Part shown: positions 9,275 to 18,260 of the stretch, piece after piece
How the letters are laid out: each line of letters begins with the position of its first letter
How positions within the stretch are numbered: the first letter of the stretch is position 1
Origin: an uncultured bacterium
Lineage (GTDB): Bacteria > Latescibacterota > UBA2968
Assembly (NCBI GenBank): GCA_964471275.1
Contig: CAYYGZ010000014.1
Coordinates: 1-35,130 of the forward strand
Length of the DNA stretch: 35,130 nucleotides
Reading direction: 5' to 3'
Translations under genes and position numbers: made by a program
Notes under the pieces: generated by a model
The model's input: only the letters and a program-made list of their open reading frames with translations
Told to the model about the DNA's origin: nothing
Databases searched by the model: none

Positions 9275-9481
9275 GCAGGCAGGACGGGGGAAAACCGGCT
9301 TAACGCCCCGACGGCGGCCCGCTTATGCGGACGATGATCACATTGCGACGAAAGTGCTCTTCAGCACTCCTGACAAATAAGGAGCGCTCACGCGCTCCGC
9401 TCTCAGATCCTACGATGCTTTGGCTCAACCCCGATCTTGGGGAATGGGGTGAGTCGTATTCGGTCGTGCTGTCCTGCCTGC
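9275..9481 (-). other. Structured intergenic element (11-bp terminal inverted repeat enclosing several hairpins); candidate ncRNA, cis-element or miniature repeat
   Basis: GCAGGCAGGAC at 9275-9285 and GTCCTGCCTGC at 9471-9481. Internal minus-strand hairpins include GGAGCGC-GTGA-GCGCTCC, AGTGCT-GAAG-AGCACT and GTCCGC-ATAA-GCGGGC. No ORF of 60 aa or more. Confidence 0.5.
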
Positions 9482-9483
9482 CT

Positions 9484-10848
9484 TTAGCAACCTAGCGCTT
9501 CTGCCACATTTTCAAGTGCGATACCACGCGATCCCTTGATCAACACCAGATCCCCCGCCTTTAGGACCTCCTTGAGAAGTCCGGCGACCGGATCACGATC
9601 GAGATATGCGTGTATGTTCTCCGGGCTCAAACCCGCTTCAAGGGCACCCGCAGCCATATCTTCGGCAAATTCGCCGACGGCGACAAGTCTATTGATTCCA
9701 GAAAGTTGTGTATGCCGACCAAGCTCGAAGTGGGCTTCTTTAGACCCGGGCCCCAACTCGAGCATATCCCCGAGCACAGCAACACGGCAGCCGGTCACCT
9801 CGATATCGTGAACCGACTGAAGTGCGACTTTCATCGATGCTGGATTTGCGTTGTAGGCATCGTTGTAAACGCGGATGCCATCCTTTTCCACGATCTGGCT
9901 GCGCCAGCGCGTGAGTTGGAAAGTTTGGAGCGCCTGTGCGGCGTCCGGCAGAGGAATGTCGAGAGCGACCCCGACGGCTACTGCTGCCAGGGCGTTATAA
10001 ACGTTGTGCCGCCCCGGGATGCGCAAATCAAACTGTTGGCCCTGTAGAGAGAAATGACCATAACCCTCCCGGTCTAGGACGAATCCCTCCCCACGAAACT
10101 GGCTACACATTTCGATGCCAAAGCCCAGGAGTCTCCCCTTTGCTCTCTCCTTAGGCAGCAACAGGTCATCAAAATTTAGGATAGCCATTGAAGACTCGTC
10201 CAGATACTCCAGGAGTTCCCCTTTGGCTACAGCCACCCCCTCTACAGAGCCTAAGAATTCTAGGTGTGTCGGTCCGATGTTCGTAATTACACCGATCGTT
10301 GGATCGGCTACTTCACACAGATATGTTAACCCGTGGTGTTCACTGATCCCCATCTCGATCACGGCAACTTCGTGTTCTTCCTCGAGCTGCAGGATCGTCA
10401 GCGGTACGCCGAGGCGCGTATTCTGGTTCCCCGACGTCGCCAGCACTTGATATCGCGTACCGAGAACCGCCGCCGTCATGTCCTTCGTTGTCGTCTTCCC
10501 GTTGCTGCCTGTTATCCCGACAACAGGGATATTGAATCGCTTCCGGTATTCACGAGCCAGATCGCCAAGCGCCAGATCCGGTGCCTCGACCGCGATCACC
10601 GGTCTATTCGCTGTATTGTCGGCTATCCAGTCCTTTAGGACAATAGCGGCACTGGCACCAGCTTCGATCGCCGCGTCCACATACCGGTGTCCATCGGTCT
10701 GCTCACCCTCTATTGCAAAGAACAGTTGCCCCGGTTCGATCGTCCGGTTATCGAGCGAGCCTCCCGTCGGTTCGATCGTCACATCTGTCGCTCCGATCAG
10801 CTCCCCCCTCATCGCCTCAGCGGCTTGTTCTAACGTTATTCCACGCAT
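9484..10848 (-). CDS. murF: UDP-N-acetylmuramoyl-tripeptide--D-Ala-D-Ala ligase
   Basis: GITGSNGKTTTKDM, IEMG, TNIGPTHLE, NDAYNANPASM, LGDMLELG and KGSRG. Confidence 0.98.
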   Translation of the reverse strand: MRGITLEQAAEAMRGELIGATDVTIEPTGGSLDNRTIEPGQLFFAIEGEQTDGHRYVDAAIEAGASAAIVLKDWIADNTANRPVIAVEAPDLALGDLAREYRKRFNIPVVGITGSNGKTTTKDMTAAVLGTRYQVLATSGNQNTRLGVPLTILQLEEEHEVAVIEMGISEHHGLTYLCEVADPTIGVITNIGPTHLEFLGSVEGVAVAKGELLEYLDESSMAILNFDDLLLPKERAKGRLLGFGIEMCSQFRGEGFVLDREGYGHFSLQGQQFDLRIPGRHNVYNALAAVAVGVALDIPLPDAAQALQTFQLTRWRSQIVEKDGIRVYNDAYNANPASMKVALQSVHDIEVTGCRVAVLGDMLELGPGSKEAHFELGRHTQLSGINRLVAVGEFAEDMAAGALEAGLSPENIHAYLDRDPVAGLLKEVLKAGDLVLIKGSRGIALENVAEALGC

Positions 10849-10920
10849 CGACGTGTCTACCGCAATTCGCTCTGCATCTTGCGCTCCGCCTTTGCCCTTT
10901 GCCCTCTGCCTCTGCTAGCC

Positions 10921-12366
10921 CTACCCCCCATGCCCGAGCTCCCCCAATATCTCCCTCACCACTTCCCGATCATCAAAGTGTATCGTCTCCCCCCCGATCG
11001 CCTGGTAGTCCTCGTGACCCTTTCCCGCGATCACCACCAGGTCACCGGCTTCCGCGTCCTTGAGGGCCAGATCGATCGCTTTCCGGCGATCCGCCTCCAC
11101 CAGATAGGGCGCACCATCGAGACCGGGTATGATATCGGCGATAATTGCATCCATGTCTTCAGACCGCGGGTTGTCGGACGTCACGATCGTCAGATCCGCA
11201 AGATCGGCAGAGGCGCGACCCATTTCGGGTCTCTTCCCGCGATCCCGCTCACCTCCGCAGCCGAACAGAGAGATAAGACGACGTTCGGCAAGTTGGCGTC
11301 CCGCCGTCAGGGCATTTACCAGACCGTCCGGCGTGTGTGCGTAGTCCACGAATACCCCAAACGGTTGACCCACATCGACTCCTTCGAATCGACCCGGCAC
11401 CTGGACACTCTCCAGTGCCGACACAATCGTCTTCGACGGGATATCGAGTGCCCGACACGCTGCAACGGCTGCCGCTACGTTGTACTGATGGAAGTGTCCC
11501 GTAAGCGACAGGGAGCCCGTGATCGTTTCATCCAAGGCCTCGATCACGACCTTCGATCCGCGGTAATCCGTAACGAACGATCGTACACGAAATTGCGAAT
11601 TTACATCTTGCCCGTAACCGACGATTTGTGCCGACGTATCCCGGATCATGCGATCCGATGAATCGTCATCCACGTTCACGACAGCGTGGGCCGTAGAATC
11701 TAAGTTGTCAAAGAGCGTGGCCTTCGCGGCCGCATAGGCTGCGAATGAATCGTGGTAGTCCAGGTGATCTCGCGTCAAATTCGTGAAAACACCGACATCA
11801 AACCGGATACTGTCCAACCGATTCATACTCAGACCGTGAGAGGAAACTTCCATCACCACGGTCTCACACCCGGCATCTACCATCTCGCGAAGCATCCGCT
11901 GCAGCTCGTGGGCTTCCGGCGTCGTGTTCGTTGAGGCTACGCATCGGCTGCCGATTCGATATTCCACCGTCCCGAGAAGACCGGTTGAAACACCCGCCGC
12001 AACGAGAGCGGCGTAAATCAGATAGGTTGTCGTCGTCTTGCCGTTCGTTCCCGTAACACCGATCACGCGAAGCGCGTCTGAGGGTCGACCATAAAGGGTC
12101 TGTGCCAGTGATGCGAGACCCTGATCGGTCGACGAAACCACAACCTGCGGCAACGCAATGTCGACTTCGTGATCGACAACCGCTGCTGCTGCTCCGGCCG
12201 CCGCAGCAGCGGCGATGAACTCGTGACCGTCTCTTGCCCTTCTCAGCGCGACGTAGGCTTCACCCGACTTGAGGGTCTGCGTGTTCGTCGAGAGACCCGC
12301 GACCTCCGTGTCACCGTCGCCGACCAGCGAGCAATCGGTGTCTGCGATCAACCGGGAGAGTTGCAC
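10921..12366 (-). CDS. murE: UDP-MurNAc-Ala-Glu--meso-DAP ligase
   Basis: GVTGTNGKTTT, TTPE, MEVSSHGL, TNLTRDHLDYH, DYAHTPD, DNPR (meso-DAP-type specificity motif) and AGKGHEDYQ. Confidence 0.98.
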   Translation of the reverse strand: MQLSRLIADTDCSLVGDGDTEVAGLSTNTQTLKSGEAYVALRRARDGHEFIAAAAAAGAAAAVVDHEVDIALPQVVVSSTDQGLASLAQTLYGRPSDALRVIGVTGTNGKTTTTYLIYAALVAAGVSTGLLGTVEYRIGSRCVASTNTTPEAHELQRMLREMVDAGCETVVMEVSSHGLSMNRLDSIRFDVGVFTNLTRDHLDYHDSFAAYAAAKATLFDNLDSTAHAVVNVDDDSSDRMIRDTSAQIVGYGQDVNSQFRVRSFVTDYRGSKVVIEALDETITGSLSLTGHFHQYNVAAAVAACRALDIPSKTIVSALESVQVPGRFEGVDVGQPFGVFVDYAHTPDGLVNALTAGRQLAERRLISLFGCGGERDRGKRPEMGRASADLADLTIVTSDNPRSEDMDAIIADIIPGLDGAPYLVEADRRKAIDLALKDAEAGDLVVIAGKGHEDYQAIGGETIHFDDREVVREILGELGHGG

Positions 12367-12369
12367 ACG

Positions 12370-14355
12370 TCATCCGTTCCTTCTGCACGTCACCCTGGCC
12401 AGTGTCCCAGGCGTCACGCGCACCCCGGAGGAGGGGACCTGCTTCACGACCATTCCGCTCCCCGACGCTTTAACCCGGAAGCCAGCCTGCGTCAGCCTGA
12501 CAACCGCTTGTCTGAGTGGAACGCCAACCACATCCGGCATTCGGTTGTCTGCCCCCTCGTTGTCGAGGCTGAGTGACGCGGTGACCAAGCCATATCCTGC
12601 CGGCGTGCTCACGGCTCCGGTCGTGTACCTTGCCAAAGGTTTTTCGGTCGGTTTCAGTTGAACCAGCGTCGTCTTGTGTCTTGCAGGTGTGTCGCGCCGG
12701 CTGAGAACACGATTCACGATTCTCTTGAATACGGGGGCAGCGACCTGGCTCGCCAGGTGCGTCTGCTCGGGTCCATCCACGATCACGAGACAGAGCAAAT
12801 CCGGATCTTCGGCCGGCAGGTATCCGATAAACGAAGACACGTAGCGATCTGGATCGTATCCCAGTCGATCCTCGTAAGCTTTCTGTGCGGTTCCCGTCTT
12901 GCCGGCGACACGATACCCCGGTATGGCCGCGTTCGACCCTGTGCCGTGACTGACGACACCCTCGAGATATTGGTTCACTTCTTTAGCGACACGTTTCGAG
13001 ACGACACGTCTTACCGTATCCACTGAGGTTTCGCTGAGTCGTTCGCCGCCTCTTGACGTCCAGCGATAGAGTCGAGGCGCAACCAGCACGCCTCGATTCG
13101 CGATCACACCGTAGGCTGACGCAACCTGCAGCGCCGTAACACCCACTTCCTGACCGATAGCGATCGTCTCCAGACTCCGCTTTGACCACTGACCGGGATG
13201 CTTCAGGATACCGGCGGTTTCACCGGGTAATCCTTTGCCCGTGACGCTGCCGAATCCGAATAGCCGACCATACTTGAACAGACCGGCCGTTCCGAGTGCC
13301 CGGGCAATCTTGATCGTCCCGACGTTGCTCGACTCTTCAATCACCTGCTGAACGGTCAACCAGCTCGAAGGATGCGTATCCGTGATCACGCCCCCCGGAA
13401 CCACCAATCGACCGTTCTCACAATCGATCGAATCCTGACCCCGGTAGAGACCCTCTTCCATCGCCCCTGCGACAGCGACGATCTTAAACGTCGATCCGGG
13501 TTCGAACTGATCAGTCACAGCACGATTTCGGTGGAGCCAGCGATCGTAGTTACCGAAGGCGTTCGGATCGATCGTAGGGACGTTCACCATCGCCAGGATT
13601 TCACCCGTCTTCGGGTTCGTCACCACAGCGATGCCGCTGATCGCCTTGAAATGCGCGACCGTTGCCTCGAGTTCTTCCTCCGCTATCGACTGGACAACCG
13701 AGTCGATCGTAAGCGTCAGATCTGCCCCGTCTTCGGGCAGGGCTTCCACGACACCGAGATCGCTGATCGCTCGTCCCTTCGCATCGACACGCGATGACAT
13801 CTCACCGGCCGATCCACGTAGCGTCTGATCGTAAGCCCGTTCGATGCCCTCGATCCCCGAGTTATCGACGCTGGTATAGCCGACCAACTGACCGGCGACC
13901 GACCCCATCGGGTAGGCTCGGGCCATTTCGACCACGCAACCGATGCCCTCGGGGAGCGTATCGGCCTCGGGACCGTCGATCATCTGACGGGCAAGCCACA
14001 CAAATGAGCGCTTGCCCTGCAGACGCTTGAGCAGGGCTCCCTCGCTTTCGCCGGACTCCTTGAAGAACCGAACCGCCAGCGAGCGGAGCGTATCGACATC
14101 CGATATGTTGTTGACAAAGAACGATTGGGATTCGAGCGTCGTCGCAAGAACGCGACCTTCTCGATCCAATATCTGCCCCCGCTTCGCGGCGAGGGGTACT
14201 CCCTTGATATGCTGATGCCGGGCCTTGCTTGCGTAGGCCTCTTTCGCGAAGCCTTGGATCACCACCAGCCGCCCGGCCAGGCAGATCGCAAAGATCAGGC
14301 CTGCCGCTGCGACCAGACGCTGGCGCTTGTAGTAGCGTTGCTCAACGACCAGCAT
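12370..14355 (-). CDS. ftsI: Class B penicillin-binding protein FtsI (PBP3) with C-terminal PASTA domain
   Basis: N-terminal TM, RGQILDR, RAYP and GIEGIE; active-site motifs STFK, SSN and KTG; C-terminal MPDVVG...GSGMVVKQVP PASTA-like repeat. Confidence 0.96.
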   Translation of the reverse strand: MLVVEQRYYKRQRLVAAAGLIFAICLAGRLVVIQGFAKEAYASKARHQHIKGVPLAAKRGQILDREGRVLATTLESQSFFVNNISDVDTLRSLAVRFFKESGESEGALLKRLQGKRSFVWLARQMIDGPEADTLPEGIGCVVEMARAYPMGSVAGQLVGYTSVDNSGIEGIERAYDQTLRGSAGEMSSRVDAKGRAISDLGVVEALPEDGADLTLTIDSVVQSIAEEELEATVAHFKAISGIAVVTNPKTGEILAMVNVPTIDPNAFGNYDRWLHRNRAVTDQFEPGSTFKIVAVAGAMEEGLYRGQDSIDCENGRLVVPGGVITDTHPSSWLTVQQVIEESSNVGTIKIARALGTAGLFKYGRLFGFGSVTGKGLPGETAGILKHPGQWSKRSLETIAIGQEVGVTALQVASAYGVIANRGVLVAPRLYRWTSRGGERLSETSVDTVRRVVSKRVAKEVNQYLEGVVSHGTGSNAAIPGYRVAGKTGTAQKAYEDRLGYDPDRYVSSFIGYLPAEDPDLLCLVIVDGPEQTHLASQVAAPVFKRIVNRVLSRRDTPARHKTTLVQLKPTEKPLARYTTGAVSTPAGYGLVTASLSLDNEGADNRMPDVVGVPLRQAVVRLTQAGFRVKASGSGMVVKQVPSSGVRVTPGTLARVTCRRNG

Positions 14356-14674
14356 CGGTCTTCACCTTCTGAAGAGAAACCGATCGTCCCACGAGGCCTG
14401 CCGGTGCCGTATACAGATTGTTCGGTCTTCCCTCAGGGAAGCGCATCCCCAGTTCGATGGCAGCGATCTCCCGAATCCGGCTGGCCTTCTGAAGACCCGT
14501 GACGTCGACGCGGAGCCGCTTCTGCTTCTGAATCAGGGCTTCCCGCTCATCCCTCAACAACGCGATCTGCTCTCCCTGCGAGAGCGTGCTGACATGACAC
14601 CAGACGTAGATCAACCCGCTGAGAACAAGGAACGAAACGGAGCAGAAATACCATCGATAGGGGGAGTGTCCCAA
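14342..14674 (-). CDS. ftsL: Cell division protein FtsL
   Basis: Small bitopic protein with a TM segment and coiled coil ending RIREIAAIELGM..P, located between rsmH and ftsI. Confidence 0.88.
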   Translation of the reverse strand: MGHSPYRWYFCSVSFLVLSGLIYVWCHVSTLSQGEQIALLRDEREALIQKQKRLRVDVTGLQKASRIREIAAIELGMRFPEGRPNNLYTAPAGLVGRSVSLQKVKTDAGR

Positions 14675-14675
14675 G

Positions 14676-15611
14676 TCACCTTACTTTCTCGCCGACCCGG
14701 AGTTTGGCGCTTCGCGCTCTCGGGTTGGCCGCTATCTCCTCTGGGCTCGCTAGCACACCGCGGGGTAAGACCTCCTTCATCCTCCCTGCGGCCGGATCAG
14801 CTACCGGGAAATCTCTCGGCAGCGCCGAAACCGGTGTACCTCGTAATACCCGCTTGGCGATGCGATCTTCCAGCGAATGATAGGTCAGGAGAGCGAGACG
14901 ACCGCCGATCACCAGAGCATCCGTGATCTTGTTGAGCGTCTCCTCAAGATGTGCGAGCTCTTCGTTAACCTCGATCCGAATCGCTTGAAATATCCGCGCC
15001 TGTGACTTCGTCGCGTAGCGGCTCGGAACGTGCCGCGAAATCAGTTCTGCAAGATCGTGCGTCGATCGGATCCGCGCTTTGCGTCTGTCTCTGCAGATCG
15101 ATTTCGCAATCCGTCCCGCCGCCCTTTCCTCGCCGTATTCCCGGAAGATTCTGGCCAGGTCGCGTTCCAAATACTCGTTCACAACCTGTTCCGCCGTTCG
15201 TGCTGCGTCCGGCCCCATTCTCATGTCCAGCGGGCCATCCTGGCGGTAGCTGAAACCGCGCTCTGCGTCATCGATCTGCCGGGAGGAGACACCCAGATCG
15301 AACAGTGCACCGTTCAGTTCATCGACTCCGAATGAACAGAGCTTTTCCGGAAGTTTCCAGAATGGGATCTGCTCTTGGTCAAAGCGTTTCCCGAATCGGG
15401 TCAACCGCTGGGAGGTCGTCGAAATCGCAACCGGATCTCGATCGACCCCGATCAAACGCCCCTCCGAACCAAGCTGCTCGAGAATCAACTCAGCGTGACC
15501 GCCTCCTCCGAGCGTCGCATCGACATAGGTTCCCTCGGAATCGGTGATCATGTGCTCAACAACCTCTGGCCCCAGGACCGGAACGTGATACTCTGGAGCC
15601 TTTTCAAGCAT
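14676..15611 (-). CDS. rsmH: 16S rRNA m4C1402 methyltransferase RsmH (MraW)
   Basis: HVPVL, DATLGGGGHA, DLGVSS, GPLDMRM, FQAIRIEVNEEL, HSLEDR and NPRARSAKLR. Confidence 0.98.
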   Translation of the reverse strand: MLEKAPEYHVPVLGPEVVEHMITDSEGTYVDATLGGGGHAELILEQLGSEGRLIGVDRDPVAISTTSQRLTRFGKRFDQEQIPFWKLPEKLCSFGVDELNGALFDLGVSSRQIDDAERGFSYRQDGPLDMRMGPDAARTAEQVVNEYLERDLARIFREYGEERAAGRIAKSICRDRRKARIRSTHDLAELISRHVPSRYATKSQARIFQAIRIEVNEELAHLEETLNKITDALVIGGRLALLTYHSLEDRIAKRVLRGTPVSALPRDFPVADPAAGRMKEVLPRGVLASPEEIAANPRARSAKLRVGEKVR

Positions 15612-15714
15612 ACTGCCCGTCCCATCCGGTTCTCATTCCAACGGGCTCAAATTGCCTATAGTAGTTTCGCCGCTCTCCTCCACCCGCTCGGGGCCGAGGT
15701 GAGGAGAGGAGGGA

Positions 15715-16164
15715 CTAAATCCAGTCCAGACTCTCCGCGATATCTTCGAGATCAACCTCGTTGATGCTCTCCTGATACCCGTCAGGGCTCCAGATCTCCA
15801 CGCGATCGATTACGCCGATCAGGGTCGCACGATCTGAAATGCCGGCCATCTCAAGATGCTTTCGGGGGATCAGAACTCGCCCCTGGCTGTCGAACTTGAC
15901 CTCTGTGGCACGGCCGGCGACAGAGCGGATGAGTTGACGGGTTTCGCGTTTCGCTCCGCTCAGGCTTTGCAGTTTCTCGAGAACCCGCTTCCAACCGGCC
16001 GGGTCGTAAGCGCCAAGACAGCCATCAAACCAACGGGCGACCACGAACGTGTTCACACCCATTGGGAGGGCTTTTCGAAAGGCGGAGGGGATGATCAGTC
16101 GACCTTTACCATCGACTGGGACATTCTCGTATTCGCCGATAAACTGGGGAGTTTCGTCCGGCAT
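15715..16164 (-). CDS. mraZ: Transcriptional regulator MraZ
   Basis: Two SpoVT/AbrB repeats (VDGKGRLIIP; DSQGRVLIP), plus DRVEIWS. ATG 16164 with AGGA RBS is preferred over GTG 16212. Confidence 0.96.
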   Translation of the reverse strand: MPDETPQFIGEYENVPVDGKGRLIIPSAFRKALPMGVNTFVVARWFDGCLGAYDPAGWKRVLEKLQSLSGAKRETRQLIRSVAGRATEVKFDSQGRVLIPRKHLEMAGISDRATLIGVIDRVEIWSPDGYQESINEVDLEDIAESLDWI

Positions 16165-16238
16165 CACGATTCCTGAGAAAAAGGAATAGTTCCTGAACGC
16201 TTCTAAAATCACTGTTTACGTATCCAAACTTCAAAAAA

Positions 16239-16268
16239 CACCACTTCCCACCACTATTCACCACCAAA
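16239..16268 (-). promoter_or_regulatory. MraZ operator: three GTGGTG direct repeats at 10-bp period
   Basis: Minus strand reads TTTGGTGGTG AATAGTGGTG GGAAGTGGTG upstream of mraZ, matching the established GTGG/TGGG-type MraZ repeats. Confidence 0.85.
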
Positions 16269-16295
16269 AGTAGGGTTGAGAATTGGGACTGTCAA
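16267..16295 (-). promoter_or_regulatory. Sigma70-type promoter of the dcw operon
   Basis: TTGACA (16295-16290), a 17-bp spacer, then TACTTT (16272-16267), immediately upstream of the MraZ boxes. Confidence 0.8.
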
Positions 16296-16447
16296 GCGAT
16301 TTTTGTCTGAAAAATTGTGTTATCTTCTGCAAAAACAATGCAGCGCACTTTTGGGCAGTCGTTATGTGTGTTGGTATTCACCCTGGCAACGTTATGGGTT
16401 CATCCACCACCGACCGCATCAGCACTGGTCACAGGGGCTGCATGTTT

Positions 16448-16798
16448 ATGGGAAGGATGTTGCGATTCGGGCACCTGGCCGTCGTGTTGAGTTTGGGCGT
16501 TGCGTGCACGGATCCCGGAGATCATCCACCGGGCCTTGAAACGATGACTGAGATTCTGGCCGAAATGGTTCGAGCGAATCAAGGCCGACTTCCGCCTGAT
16601 TCGATGCGCGTGAAGCGAGAGGCCGTGTTCGAGAAACACGGCACAAACGAGCAGGAAGTACGGAACTGGATTGCCGCGATGCGGAAGGATTCTGCAGAGA
16701 ACCAGAAACTGGCGATACGTGCCGCCGAGTTGATCGGCAACAAATCGGTGCCGGGGCCGCCGACCTACCGCGAACGCAGGCGGACCGCTCCAAAGTGA
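16448..16798 (+). CDS. Putative lipoprotein (DUF4296-like)
   Basis: Signal peptide with lipobox LGVA-C and a helical body (MTEILAEM...EAVFEKHGTNEQE). Start is uncertain among in-frame ATGs 16442, 16448 and 16457. Confidence 0.65.
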   Translation: MGRMLRFGHLAVVLSLGVACTDPGDHPPGLETMTEILAEMVRANQGRLPPDSMRVKREAVFEKHGTNEQEVRNWIAAMRKDSAENQKLAIRAAELIGNKSVPGPPTYRERRRTAPK

Positions 16799-16870
16799 TC
16801 TCCTGGCTTCCTGAATCTGGACAGCCTCTTGATCACGCCCACCCGCAACAGTCCACGGCTTGTACACAAG

Positions 16871-16903
16871 AATGCCCGACCTCTCTCACGAGATCGGGCA
16901 TTT
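16871..16903. terminator. Hairpin between the convergent lipoprotein gene and rseP; probable bidirectional terminator
   Basis: AATGCCCGA...TCGGGCATT 9-bp stem with inner TCTC-TCAC-GAGA; the T runs are short. Confidence 0.55.
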
Positions 16904-16961
16904 GACTTGTCATCTTGTTCGGCTGTCTGAGGTAACCTTGACGCCGATTCGTGCGCCGTGC

Positions 16962-18260
16962 TTACAGCCCGATCAGCCGACCGATATCGTTCGCCGTCAC
17001 GTAGATCATCAACGCGATGAGGAAGACGAATCCGACCTGCTGCAGAACCTCTTTCTGCTTCACCGACAGATCACGTCGCGTCACCGTCTCGATCCCTATG
17101 ATGAACAGGTGACCGCCGTCGAGCATCGGAATAGGAAGCAGGTTCAGCACGGCAAGGTTCACACTAAGCAACGCCATGAACGAGAACAGCGACTCGAGAC
17201 CGTTCTTTGCGCTCTGACCGGCCATCTGGGCAATCGCAACGGGGCCAGCCAGTTCATTCCCGGATCCCTGTCCCGACACCAGTCGTTTCAGAAACGTGAA
17301 TATGCTGGTCGTGTAGATCTTCAGTTCCTCGGCACTTCGCACGATCGCACGTCCCAGTCCAACGGGTACGCGCTCACGAAATTGCGAGATACCGATCCGG
17401 CCGACGATCTCGCCACCCACTTCGTCACCCCGCGGCGTAACCATCGCGGACATCTCCGCGTTGCCCTCGTCGGGTCTCACCCAGGTGATCAGCGTCTCCT
17501 TGTCGGGTCTGGCCTGGATAATCTGGCTCATCTGCCACCAGGTCGTGACCGGCTTCCCGTCGACGGCCGTGATCAGATCACCGCCCTGCAGACCTGTACC
17601 TTCCGCCGGGTGACCCGGCACGACGTGACCCACACGCGGTTTGAGCGGCGGCGCGACACCCAGCTCGATTGGATCTGCATCCAGTATGGCTGCGAACGCG
17701 ACCACGCTCCCCTCTCGATCCACAACCAAGTTCGTTCCTGTACCAAGCCCGTTTGTCAGGCCCTCTACGACCTCGCTCCAGTTCGCAACATCCGACCCGT
17801 CTATCTGCAGTACGCGATCGCCGGCTCGTGCGCCGGCCTCGTAGAGAGCCGATTCGCTCGTCACCCCACCCAGGACCGTCGAATTCAAATACGCATAATC
17901 ACCGTAGCCGACGCGGATCGTCAGAATCAATATAAACCCGAGAATGATGTTCATCGCCGGTCCAGCCGCCATCACAGATGCCTGCATCCACCGCGGCTTC
18001 GACAGGAACTCGTAAGGCTCACCCTGGGGCTCGTCCTTACCAAAATCGGACATTCCCGCGACCTTGACATACCCGCCAAGCGGCAACCAGGAGATCAGGT
18101 ATTCCGTGTCGCCATAGGTAACGCCGAACGCCTTCGGAGGATAGCCGAGAGAGAATTCCTCAACCTTCATCCCGCACTTCTTGGCGACCAGGAAGTGTCC
18201 CAGCTCGTGCACAAACACAAGCACGCCGAGTACAAAAATAAATGACAATAGGGTAACGAT
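16962..18260 (-). CDS. rseP: RIP metalloprotease RseP (site-2 protease, two PDZ domains)
   Basis: HELGH, LPLGGYVK, AGPAMN, two PDZ-like repeats and NLLPIPMLDGGH. Start proposed at ATC 18260 behind AAGGAG; the ORF track gives GTG 18320. Confidence 0.95.
   Translation of the reverse strand: MVTLLSFIFVLGVLVFVHELGHFLVAKKCGMKVEEFSLGYPPKAFGVTYGDTEYLISWLPLGGYVKVAGMSDFGKDEPQGEPYEFLSKPRWMQASVMAAGPAMNIILGFILILTIRVGYGDYAYLNSTVLGGVTSESALYEAGARAGDRVLQIDGSDVANWSEVVEGLTNGLGTGTNLVVDREGSVVAFAAILDADPIELGVAPPLKPRVGHVVPGHPAEGTGLQGGDLITAVDGKPVTTWWQMSQIIQARPDKETLITWVRPDEGNAEMSAMVTPRGDEVGGEIVGRIGISQFRERVPVGLGRAIVRSAEELKIYTTSIFTFLKRLVSGQGSGNELAGPVAIAQMAGQSAKNGLESLFSFMALLSVNLAVLNLLPIPMLDGGHLFIIGIETVTRRDLSVKQKEVLQQVGFVFLIALMIYVTANDIGRLIGL

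Noticed and set aside
9275..9481. Calling the structured spacer a tRNA, riboswitch or 6S RNA
   Set aside because: It shows no cloverleaf or T-loop and no riboswitch consensus I recognise. The 6S resemblance is limited to size and a closing stem, so it is left unassigned.
10879..11661. 260-aa plus-strand ORF, and similar ORFs opposite the dcw genes
   Set aside because: Antisense to well-supported essential genes.
16860..18245. 461-aa plus-strand ORF
   Set aside because: It lies antisense to rseP and has no recognisable motifs; a typical shadow ORF of GC-rich coding DNA.
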